Notes under the pieces: generated by a model | Databases searched by the model: none | Told to the model about the DNA's origin: nothing | Seen by the model: the letters and a program-made list of their open reading frames with translations, nothing else | Translations under genes and position numbers: made by a program | NCBI RefSeq assembly: GCF_009834535.1 | Contig: NC_045696.1 | Coordinates: forward strand, 25,794,001 to 25,858,000 | Direction: 5' to 3' | Origin: Camelus ferus | Taxonomy: Eukaryota | DNA: 64,000 nt | In this document: positions 26,065 through 37,395 of the stretch, in pieces | Layout: every line of letters starts with the position of its first letter | Numbering within the stretch: position 1 is the stretch's first letter

Positions 26065-26419
26065 GCTCATTGGCCCAGCTCATTGGCCAGGAATGAGTGA
26101 AAAGAGCAAGTAACTAGTGGTAATCGTTCTGTTCTGCAAAGTATCATTTGTACATCAGAAAGATTAATTGCAGAAACACTGTGTCCTGTCTACTACTGTG
26201 CCGACAACCTGAAACTAAGCAGTTGTGCTTCTGAATCACACTGAAAGGGTTTCTGGCAGCCTGACCCTTCCTCCTGTGCTTCTCCAAGTTCAAACGTAAA
26301 AGATGAATAAGGAAATACGACTGCATGATAAACTGAAAAAAGTGAACATGAGTTTGTATGACCAGGAAGTGGTCCATTTCTTCTCAACACCTTGTTCAAA
26401 AAGCAAGAATCAGGTAAAT
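26065..26419 (+). promoter_or_regulatory. Candidate promoter and first exon
   Basis: Duplicated gctcattggcc (reverse CCAAT), ETS core caggaagtg at 26363, ATG at 26303 open to donor cag|gtaaat at 26413/26414. Confidence 0.25.
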
Positions 26420-26614
26420 TGGGAACATGGAATATTATAGGTCATGACTGTATTTGACTTTGGAAAATATTTTATTGCTGTCACTTAGATTCAGTCTTCT
26501 TTTTCCATTTCTCAAAGGATGTAACGTTTAAGAATTTGAACAAAGACAACCAGACCTTCAAGTTATAATTTCATCTAAACAAGATTTTATCATATAAACT
26601 ACAATAGGCCTATA

Positions 26615-26778
26615 ACTATTTTGTCCCTTAGCATTCTGCCATGTATTATGGTTATTTATGTACCTATATTTTCATTTTTGCAAACTAAAAGCTACCTAAT
26701 CCAGAATCCACATCAGTTTATTTTAGTATTCCCCCAATGGATACATACCAGCACTTTGCACAAATTAGCAAACTGTTG
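26615..26778 (+). mobile_element. L2 3' fragment
   Basis: tagcattctgccatgtattatggttatttatgtac...ccagcactttgcacaaattag. Confidence 0.55.
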
Positions 26779-26990
26779 AGGCATCATAGTACTTATATTG
26801 AGGAACTATAGACTTAAAATGCCGTAAATTGGGATCCCAACTCAACCACCTGAAGGTTGTGTTCCCTCTGACACTTACATTCTCAGAGCTTCATTTCTTC
26901 ATCTGCAATATGGAAATAAATCATATCTAGAAGTATTAAAATAATTAAATGAGTCTCTATGTGTGAAATGCAAAATACAGTGACTTGCAG
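26779..26990 (+). mobile_element. MIR SINE
   Basis: ctcagagcttcatttcttcatctgcaatatggaaataa...aattaaatgag core. Confidence 0.7.
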
Positions 26991-27552
26991 TTAAAAAAAA
27001 AAAAGTCGAGTTCACATCTCCTCTTCCAAATCTCAGTAAATACTTGTTGGATAAATAAATATAAATGACTATGAAGCCCTTACAGGTTCTGATCTGTCCT
27101 TCTGTTACTTTATATAGCTTATCATGGATGTTGAAACTTTGGAAAAGATTTTCCCAAATTTTACATTTGAATCTGAGTAAAATTATAAATATTAAAGTCA
27201 ATTCCACTAAAACATCAGGACACTTAATAAAATATCTTCAGTATCAAAATGTTAACCATACCAAAATATTAAAATCAGCTCACTTATATTTTGGGGAAAT
27301 GTACTTAACAAAGCAGAAGTATCTGTAATTGACTAAGAAGTAGAATACTGTTTTCATACTCACAGCGCACTCATAAGTGCTCGTAAGTGCCCATGATGCA
27401 CGGAAGGGAATACAGGTGCACGGGAGGAGATGCTGAAGGTGCTACACGAGCCAGAGCCCATCAAATCCCATAAAACTCAGCCACCGAGGAAAGAGAACTA
27501 ACTGAAGTTTCAAAGATCTCGTGACTGAAACCTGTATCACCAGATCATAGCA

Positions 27553-28042
27553 CAGATCTTGATTTACGATGGGGTTACATCCAATAACCCATCAGACGTT
27601 ACAAGTATCATAGGAAGAAAAGGCATTTCATACACCTAACCTACTGAGCATCATAGCCTAGCTTAACCTCCCTTAAATGTGCTCAGAACACATACGTTAA
27701 CCTAGAGTTGGCAAAACCATCTAACACAAAACGTATTTCATAACAAAGTGTTGATTGTAGCATGTAATATATTGAATACTGTACTGAAAGTGAAAAACAC
27801 AATTGCTGAAAGGGTACAGAATGGGTCGTAAGTGGATGTGTTCTTTACCCTCAGTGACGAATTGCAGCTCGCTGCCTGCCACTGCTTGGCATCACAAGAA
27901 TTAGACAGCAAATCAACAGCCAGGGAAGAGATCAAGTTCAAAACTCAAAGTAATGTTCCTAATGAATATATACTGCTTTTGAACTATGGTAAAGTGAAAA
28001 AAAAAAAAGTAAGTCAAACCATTATAAATTGAGGACCATCAG
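27553..28042 (+). mobile_element. Tigger5/MER47-family non-autonomous TcMar DNA transposon
   Basis: cagat...ttacgatggggttacatcc, tacacctaacctactgagcatcatagc and gaatactgtactgaaagtgaaaaac. 3' end gtcaaaccattataaattgaggaccatcag is followed by TA. Confidence 0.88.
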
Positions 28043-28046
28043 TAGA

Positions 28047-28110
28047 TTCATTCATTTATTCAAAAAAAATATTGAATGAGTGCCGATTATGTTCCATAGA
28101 CTCATAGGGA
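28047..28110 (-). mobile_element. L2 tail fragment
   Basis: ttcattcatttattcaa...gagtgccgattatgttcca. Confidence 0.55.
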
Positions 28111-29544
28111 GAAAGCCAGATCAGAAGAAGCCTATACGCCTCTGGACAAAGGAAAAATTAAACTGTCCTTCAGAGATGGGGTCAGTGGAATGGTGACAGG
28201 GACAGACAGGCCTGTCTTAAATGACTGCATTCCTCTTTGGTGGTGATTGTCTTAAAAACTGCAATGCTACCAATTGGTTGCGAGACAGCTATCTATTGAT
28301 TTCCATCTCAGTTAAATCTGGTGACTTTAATTTTAACTCATATCTTAGAATTTCATATTCTTTCCAGTTTGATTCAAATTAGTTTCCTCTTTCCAGAGTC
28401 CTAAATTTGTTGTTTTAGAGAAGTATGACTGTGACTAAATGATATGAAATTCACAAATGTGGTTGCATTTCTCATACTCTTGTTTTGAATTTCATTTGGT
28501 TGTATTAAAATTTTTAGCTTCTTGTTGAGCATGGGGATACTTAAGCAAAGAGGTTAACATTAAAAAATAATAACATTTTAAGGATAGATGAAGATGCAGA
28601 GAAAATTGATCCTAGGAGCTAATTATGTAAATAGCTCCTTAGGAAGTCTCACTAGAAGCAAGGCACAATAGTCACCTACAAATCGCTTTTGGTCTTTTTG
28701 GAGATTTTTATCTTTGCCTTGGTGTTCCTTCAGAAGAGTCATCAGGATAATGCATTTGAAGTATTTATGGAAGTGTATTGTCAGAAATAGCGTCCCTATT
28801 CATTTCACAAAGCTCTCTTTCCCCATTCTGTCTCGTATCCATAAGTGATTCACTTCGCTGAAGTGGATGTGTACCTTTGGATCTTAACGACTGAATCTCA
28901 ACACATGGTAATAAGGGAAGAGAGAATCTGGGCAGTTTCTTTAAGGGTGAACTGAGCTAAAGATCCACAGGGGGCAGCTGGCTCATCAGTAATAACTACC
29001 TGGAATAATTGTTGAGGACAATCCAGCTCAAAGAAACACTTCTGTAATCTATTCCCTGACTCATCTCACTTAAAAACCAAAGGAGATGAATCATTTTTCA
29101 AATTTTCAAAGTCGAGCCAGCACATAAAGGAAAGAGTAATTATTTGTACCCTAAATAATTTACTGTAGTAAAACTTCTTGTTACCCAGGCTTACCTTAGA
29201 CTAGATTGCTCTGAACTTAAGGAACCACTGAGACTGCAGCAGTATTTATGCAGGCATTGCAGGACTCTGGGCTGTTATTCTGTATTTTATTAAAAAGTTT
29301 CTCTCGTATCATAGAAGACAGCACTTAATAGATGCTCAAGTAATTATCATTCTATTCAAGTGAACAGAACTTTAATACATCCACAGTAATAACATCATCA
29401 AACATCTCCATAATGTTGAAAAGTTACCCACTCCTCCTCCCCTCTAGAAAAGATACTTGGCCCAAAAAAGTTTTCCCATTAAATTCTTCAAAATTTCTAA
29501 GAACATTGTAAGATAATCCACACAAGTACAAACTATGATAAACT

Positions 29545-29960
29545 ATGTATAATGTTCTTCCAAATTTTCACTATTATGAGCAACATAGCAATGGACATAC
29601 TTGTACATAAATTATTGACTTCTCTGATTATTTTCTAATGGTAATTCCTAGAATTGGATTACTAGGACTAAGTCCTAGGTTCTTGCAACATATTGCCAAG
29701 TTGCAGTGCAGGAAGAAAATACCATTTTATATAGACAGTGCATAAGAATACTTTTTTTCATCAAAAACTCTTCAACTTTGCCAATAAATAGAGTAAAACA
29801 TATTTTTAAATAAGCATTTCTTCAAATATAGAAAAATATGGAAATAAATATGTTAAAAATTACAGTGATCATCTTTGGGTTATGAAACTGCATGAACTTT
29901 TACCCTTTTACTTTATCTTTTATTTTATTTTATGAACTTTATCATATGATGTATGATTTT
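29545..29960. mobile_element. Very old L1ME fragments (minus part about 29545-29800, plus-like 3'UTR about 29820-29960)
   Basis: ttttcactattatgagcaacatagcaatggacatacttgtacat...ttcctagaattggattact...catattgccaa. Confidence 0.6.
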
Positions 29961-30329
29961 TGAATCTTTGAAGGAAACAAACATATTTCATCTTCTTTCT
30001 CCACAACCACTTTGTCTCTTCCTACCACCACCCCCAAATAATTTCTTAATTTTGCTATTTATGTTATTGAGTGACCATGTATTCACTGTCTTTAGGTTGT
30101 TTGTGTGTTATCATTGAATTCTGTCTTCTGTAATTTGAATATCTATTGTCATTGAATTCTCTTAGTTTTTCATTTTACACCATCTGATTTTCTTTCACAG
30201 TTTCTCTTGCATCCATCTCTTGAGTTCCATTTCTAAACACAGTGTTTCTCTTTAAATCACTGTAGTTTTGAACGATTAATATTAAAACTTAATTGGCCTG
30301 TATGACTCTGATCTTTTTTTGCATAATCT

Positions 30330-30705
30330 ATTTTATATGCCATGTTGGACTACTCTTCCAAACAATGTTTGATCACCTCATTTACTCTTAAAAACCCATA
30401 ATTACTCTCTGTTACTGAATCCCCACTCAGGTTTAAACTGACTTTTTACCTTGGCATATAAAAAACTTCTTTATCCGTTATCTTGCTTAAAAGAACCCTA
30501 CATTGTGGTCTTATGAAATCACATATACACTTTATTAATATATTAATAGTCAACATTTGGCTCTTTACTTAAGATTTTTGTGTATTTATGCTCTATCCAC
30601 CCATAGGATGTTGTAAAATCCTAAAGAGCAGACTCTCTATAATACTGTAGAACCAAGCACTTTACATTAAATATAAGTATTTAGTAAATATTCATTTTAT
30701 TTGAA
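30330..30705 (+). mobile_element. L2 3' portion, decayed
   Basis: tttgatcacctcatttactcttaaaaaccc...tgtaaaatcctaaagagcagactct...aagtatttagtaaatatt. Confidence 0.55.
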
Positions 30706-30742
30706 GGCAGAGAATTTTAACACAGAAGTAAGAAACATAAGA

Positions 30743-30920
30743 TATTTTTTCACTTTTATTGAGATACAGTTGACATATGACATTAGTCTGAGGCATACAA
30801 CATAACAATTTCATAAATGTTTATACTGGGAAATGATTACCACAATAAGCATAGTTAATGTCAATCACTGCACATAGTTTCATTTTTTTTTCTTGTGATG
30901 AGAATTTTTAAGATATACTC
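30743..30920 (-). mobile_element. L1MA-type 3' end
   Basis: ttttattgagatacagttgacata...gaaatgattaccacaataag...ttcttgtgatgagaatttttaagatatactc. Possible TSD cataaga. Confidence 0.85.
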
Positions 30921-31620
30921 ATAAGAGACTTTGTATTGTGTTGCACTTCCAGAGATTGGAAGTATAAGACAATTGTTAAGAACATGAAAAATTGTCATGC
31001 CTTACTAAGAAACATACCTACTTCAAGAAGCCCATCTCTAAAATGTAGATACCGCATCTTTGCCTCTGTACATTAGTTCTTATGATTTTGACTCAAGATT
31101 GACATAGATATTTTATCTCTCATTGGATTGTGTTGACCTCTTATAAAATTTTCCTAATACCAGTTCCTAATCATGTTTCCTAACTTTGTTTCTGCTGCAA
31201 AACCAATACCAGTTCTAATTCTACCATCTCCTGTAAGGCAGTCTACTGGCTTTTGGCTCTTTCTCTCCTTCCTCAACACGTAACACAAACTGAACAACTG
31301 CACAGTGAGTCGTAATTTCCACATATCTAGATTTCTAAAGGCACACTTTTATATATTATCCATTTACAACCTAAACTTTTCATATGTTAAATTTAGAATT
31401 TCATACTTCATCTGTTGTATGCACCTTACTATTCTATTTCAAGAGTATAGCCACAATTGGTCAAGTAAAATGTGTATTTTTATCTATTTAAAGTTTATAT
31501 GTATATATATATGGCCCTTTGTTTACTAAGGAGGAAATATTGGGCTTAGTGGACAAATAAATGTGCTGATACTAATAAGAAAAAAATTTTTTTTTATCCA
31601 CTAGCAATGCATCTTTTCAC

Positions 31621-32252
31621 TGCAATAGGCTGAATAACTGTCTGTCCCCCACCCCTGTAAATGTCCATGTCCCAATCCCCAGAATTTGTTAATATGTTAG
31701 CTTACATGGCAAAGGAGAATTAAGGTTGCAGAAGGAATTAAGGTTGCTAATCAGCTTACTTAATTTTTTTCTAATTGAAGTATAGTCAGTTACCATGTGT
31801 CAATCTCTAGTGTACACCATAAGGTATGTATGACTGGGACATTTCTGTTACGCAGCTGACTTTATAACAGAAAGACTATCGTAGATTAGCCAGGTGGGCC
31901 CAATGTAATCCCAAGGGTATTTAAAAGAGGAAGAGGAAAGCAAAAGAGAGAGGAAGAGATGTCACAATGGAAGAATGATCAGAAAGAGGCAACATTGCTG
32001 GCTTTGAAGATTGACAAAGGGGACCATGAGCTGAGGAATGTGAGTGACCTCTGGAAACTGCAAAAGGCAAGAGAACACAACCTCCTCAGGAGCTTCCAGA
32101 AAGAGTTGCAGCCCTGTTAACACCATGATTTTAGCCCAGTGAGACCTGTGTCAGACTTCCGACCAATAGAAATATAAGACAATATATTTATGTTACTTTT
32201 AAATTAATAAGTTTGTGGTGTTTTTTTACAGCAGCAATGGAAAGCTAATACA
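31621..32252 (+). mobile_element. MLT1D-type MaLR solo LTR, interrupted at 31762-31852
   Basis: ttacatggcaaaggagaattaaggttgcaga, ggtgggcccaatgtaatc, ttgctggctttgaagat and ttacagcagcaatggaaagctaataca. Confidence 0.92.
31762..31852 (-). mobile_element. 91-bp young L1 3' end with 5' inversion, nested in MLT1D
   Basis: polyT plus aattgaagtatagtcag...gtacaccataa on minus, then gtatgtatgactgggacatt on plus. TSD cagct(t/g)actt. Confidence 0.85.
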
Positions 32253-32394
32253 TAACAGCCTTCCAACTCTTGCCCATAGCATTTTGACATATTAGACAGT
32301 CTTGTTCAAAATCCTCAGCAAAGATCTGAGGGAGCCTTAGACCCCAACTACTAAGTGCCTCCTGTCGCCTGAATCCATCCTTTTAAATTTCTTT

Positions 32395-33728
32395 CGGGGG
32401 TCTCAACAACTCTACCAACTCAGACTTTCTTCCCTAGACCTCCAGGACACCTCTGCCAGTTTTCTTCCTCTCTGTCAGCCACTCCTTCTCAGTCTTTTTT
32501 GCTAGTCTCTCCTTACCTCCTACAGTGTCCCAGGGGAGTCCTTGGACCTCCTGTCTTTCCATCTTCTCCCCTCCTTGGTGAACTCATCTAGTCTATTGTC
32601 TTTAAACCTATTCAATATTCTGATGACTCACACATCTCTAGGCCAGATTTCTTCCTAAATTACACCTCTCAATTGTTAACAGCCTTCTCAATACCTCACA
32701 TGCATGTCCCATGGGCATGTCAAACATAAAATATCCAAAACTGAGCTATTGATTTCTGCCTGGTCCCCATCTCAGTAAGGAGGGACTCCATTCTCTTAGG
32801 TGCTTAGGCCAGAAAACTTGGAGTCAGTCTCTGTTCCTCATATAAATAATATCAGTTCTGTCAGCAAATCCTTTTGACACATCTCTTCAAAATAAATCCA
32901 AGCATAATAATTTTTTAATGGAGGTACTGGGGATTAAACACAGGACCTCATGCAAGTTAAGCATATGTTCTACCACTGAGCTATACCTGCCTTCCCGCTT
33001 CAAAATAAATCCAGAATGCAGTCACTTCTCAGAACATCTACTACTATCAATCTGGCCTAATCAACAGTCATATCTTTCTTGAGTCATTATGGTAGCTTCC
33101 CAACAATTTCCTCTGTTTCCACTATTGCCCCCAGCCTCTTTCAAAGTAACAGCCAACGTTACCCCTTAAAAAATGTAACTCAGGATATGAAGCACTGCTC
33201 TGAACACTCTAGTGGCTTCAGATTTCACTCAGAGTAAAAGCAAAATCACTTATCGTTGTATCCCTCCCATTCTCCTTAGCTCTCTGACTTCACCTCTTAT
33301 TTATCTTCCTCTCACTCTCTGTACTTTGGCCTATTTGCTGTCCTTTAAATGTGTCGGACACACTCACATCTCAGGGAGTATTCCTGCATGAAATGCTCAT
33401 CACTTTTCTTTGTGCATGGCTCTCCCCCACGTCCCTCAGACCTTTTCTCAAATGGAGCTTGTGAAGTTGTAACTGACCACCATACACAAAATTACAGCCA
33501 TTGTTCCCACACACTTCCTATCCATCTTCCCTGCTTGATTTTTTTTTTTGAATCACTGTTTAACATGATATAGTTTGTTTTAATATCAAGCTTATCGTCT
33601 GTGTTTCCCTCATTAGAAGGTAAATTCTATGAGTCCTGGGATTTTTATCTGTCTTTTCCCTGCTCTAGTCCCAGTACTGAGAACAGGACCTGGCAAGAAA
33701 GTGGGAGCTTCAGGAATGAATGGATGAA
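32395..33728 (+). mobile_element. L2a LINE, long 3' portion
   Basis: RT YADD remnant tat tct gat gac tca near 32616, aacttggagtca, cactcagagtaaaagcaaaa, and tail gaatgaatggatgaa. Confidence 0.88.
32901..32997 (-). mobile_element. Camelid tRNA-derived SINE (vic-1-like), short form, inserted in L2
   Basis: Reverse complement reads ggtatagctcagtggtagaacatatgcttaacttgcatgaggtcctgtgtttaatccccagtacctcc. 16-bp TSD cttcaaaataaatcca at 32885-32900 and 32998-33013. Confidence 0.9.
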
Positions 33729-36700
33729 ACCAAGGGCAAGGACTATGTAAAGGAACAGAGAGAAGAAACGCTTCCTCTGATTATCTTACAGATGTCACAG
33801 ATTTCTAGTTTTGCTGCCACTTCATTTTTTTATTTAAAGTTCAAATGATGTTTAAAATTCACTAATTTATTCATAGTTCAGAGGTTTTTTTTAAATGTTT
33901 AAGCCCATTAAGGTAAAACTTTGAGAACAGTAAAATGGTTAAGCAGAACTAAAATAAATTTGCATTTTTATATTTAGAAACACATGCCACATTGTCATTT
34001 TAATGTATATTGTACTTTAGAAAGTGAAATAGTGAAAGCTACTAGTTTTCATTTGATTTTGGTTCAACACACATTTACTGCAAGTCAAACATATGCCTTT
34101 TTCCCATCCAAGAAAACACATAAAACTTTTGATTTTTTATTAACTTACATAATTTACTTAAATATTTGCATTACATTTTTAGAATATTTTACCACTATAT
34201 ATTTATATGATTTATGAAACACACATGTGCACACAGATGCACACATATTAGAACATTTATTCTTAAACTGATTATATTGTCAGTGTCATCAGCCGTATTT
34301 TCAAATACTTTTTACTAGCCTAATACTCTATTTACAAGGATGTTAAGCACATATTTTAAGCTACATATAAATGCCCATTGAGAATCATCATGCAAAGGCT
34401 TTAAAGTAGTTTATGTGGTTGTAACAACTCTCAACACCAGGTTTTTTTTTCAACTTTACTCAGGACTTCTAAACATAGAATACAAATGAAAAATTTATCG
34501 TGTACAAAAAAATATGAAGTCTAGTAGCAGTCTTGCTTTGGAATTACGATTCTACTAGAGGCCATGAAAAGGAATATAAAATATTTACCAAAAAGGATAA
34601 CTAAAAGACTGAAAAATAATTTATACATTCAGTTAGTATGTTTAATAAATAGCTCAACATCTTCATGCTGATTTAAAATAAACATTTAATCTATACCATG
34701 AGAAATTGCCCAAGATAAACACAAATAACACTACTACCACAAAAAGAAAATGCTCCTATTTCCTATGATTCAATGTATATATTTAGAAACATACCCCCCA
34801 CACACACATCCCTGAAAACATAGACATGGGTCTGTGTTGCCACTGTAATCCCCAGTGTATTATGCAATGCCTCCAGTCTTCATATGCTAGAGCTATTTTT
34901 TCCTCTTTGCTTGAACTACAAAGAATCTTCTGGTCAGAAAGAGAACAACTTATTTCTGGTTATTGCAAACGTATACCCATGAAAAACATCAGTTCAAAAG
35001 AAAACAAGCCTTCATTCAAAAATTTCTTGTTTAAGAGAACTACCCAAACAAAAATTGCTGAACTTTCAATAAAATCAGTACTTTTATGTATACAGAAAAA
35101 TTAACCTCTCACATTTCACTTTCAACATAAAATTGAAACCTAAGCATATTCATGAATCAACCTTCCAAGTCAGCCAAGTTCTGAATCTCATCTCTCAGAA
35201 ACAAGGCACTTAGATAAAGGTAATGAATCCACCTCCCTGAAAAATCTATTACTCTCAGTATTCAAGGCTGAATTGAATGATCCTGGACAAATGTATTTTG
35301 TGTTTCAGAACACACGTATTTTGTTAGAATTAGTATATTCTTTTTCAAACCTCTACAACTGAAACCACGTGTAAGAAAGTGGATAGGAAGTGAAATGTAA
35401 CATAATATTTATTAAAATAGAAAATGTTAAGTAGTCAAGAATGTTACAGTATTAACATAATCACGAAGTTATAATTCTTCCCCACTTCTCATTAACTTCC
35501 TCATATTCCATGTACTATATAGCCTCCCTAAAGTATTAATCTAAAATGGGAAATAGTTCCACTTAACTCATTGTTTGTGATTTTCTATCACAGCAAAATT
35601 ATTATTCTTCCTGTCATCCCAGATACTGAGTTGTGTTCCTTAAATGAACTTGTTCCAATGACTTCAGCACATTTTCAGGGTTTGATTGTCTTTTGGAAAA
35701 GCAATGCCCTACAGAAAATTTAACTTCATAGAATTATGTATGTTATTTGCTATTGTCAACTGTTTTAATGAAGAATATTGGAGTCAAAATTGTCAATGAA
35801 ACACCACTGATGAAAACAAAATATTTGAGTAGCACTGGAATTGATTGATAGTCATTTGCAACCATGGCTTGATTTTGATTAAATTTCAGAAGTCAGCTTT
35901 GCAGCAATGATTTCACACTTGGCCAAAAAACCTTTCCCCCTCTAAGTTTGGATTTTGAACTCATACATTATGTATTTAGTTTAATGACCCACACAACCAA
36001 GAGATGGCACTTTAAATTGATGAGGGTTATATATTCATATGTAGAACAAATCAGTTTAGGGGCAAATGAAGAATAGATGTGCAGTTGAGCTAGCAGGAAC
36101 TGTTACAGTTATAGTGATTATTATAACCACAGTCTAATACCTTCCAGGCATCAGCTATCATTATATGTGTCTCTATCATAAAGACACAATCCTCTCCTAA
36201 AAATATTTTATTACAGAAATATTGTCTATATTAAAATAGTTCAGATGCTCCCAGTATTTCCATATGGATCACTGTTTTCAGGAGTTTAACATTCAGTAGC
36301 ATAAAACTTGGCTTTAATGCTTATCTACGATTACAGTTCATCTGTTTAAAAGCTTTCAATGTATTGTGTTCTAGAAATTTTGTTTTGAGAAAGATTACTG
36401 AACATAATGACCATCTCATTCATAGTCAACATAAATTGCTGCCTCATCGCCATGTCTAGCAAGTGACCAGCGTATGACACGAGATCAAAAATAGGAAAAA
36501 AACCATATTAAACTATCTTTAAAACAAGTTATAAAACAACAATTTTATAGATTTTAAAGGTTCCAAATCAGAGAATACTTCCTTTAAAATGTGATGACTA
36601 TATATCACTGTATATAAATTTTTAGAATATCCTATCTTACAGGTTTTGTGGCATTTATCAATTGCTTGGTTTAAAAATACATGCATGAGTAAAATGTTAA

Positions 36701-36889
36701 ATAGTGTCCTATTGGCATAGAGAAAATACTTTCAATTTGCAAGTAATCAAAAGATTACAAAGTATCACTTCACTAGCTAAATTTTCTGCAATGCCTAGAC
36801 CATTTGTAGGAATTATCAGTATAGTCTCATTTTTAACAAAGCATAAATGAACATTTGGGATCTTTGGGCTGAGAATATGGAATTTATTT

Positions 36890-37395
36890 TTTTACTTTAT
36901 TTTTAAATAATTTTATGCAAAAATTTTGGCAAAATGTAGTACCCACTGTTCTCTTTTTCACTTAATCCACTGTCCTGTAATGCTTACCTAATTATCTAAA
37001 ATTAGCATTGATATAATAGTATTAATAAAACTACAAATCTATTTTAAATCTTGCCAATTATCCTGGTAATGTTCAATTTTCTGGTCCAGGATACAATCTA
37101 GGATATCACATTGCACTTCGGTCTCATGTCATCTTAGTCTCCACCAATCTCAGTTTCTCAACCTTTCTTCTTCTTTTCTTTTTTTTTTTTTTTCAGCCTC
37201 TCTTTATCTTTCATAACCTTGTCATTTTTGAGAGTACTGGCCCATCATTTTGTCCAATATTCCTCAACAATCCAAGGTCTGGCTTTGTCTAAAATTTCCT
37301 TGTGATTAAATTGAGGTACTGAATTTTAGCAAGAATAGCATAAAAGTGATTTTGTGATCCTCTCATCACATAATATGGGGCACCTGATGTCCATA
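36890..37395 (-). mobile_element. L1MC4/5-like 3'UTR
   Basis: ctggtccaggatacaatctaggatatcacattgca, ttttgagagtactggcc and gaattttagcaagaatagcataaaagtgat. Confidence 0.8.

Noticed and set aside
29189..29300. Minus-strand exon 29195-29279 with donor AAG|GTAAGC
   Set aside because: The acceptor lacks a proper polypyrimidine tract (taataaaatacag), and an isolated donor match is expected by chance.
32915..32997. tRNA-Ala-like gene (also at 21070-21145)
   Set aside because: Degenerate B box, A-rich tail and flanking TSDs identify these as SINE copies, not tRNA genes.
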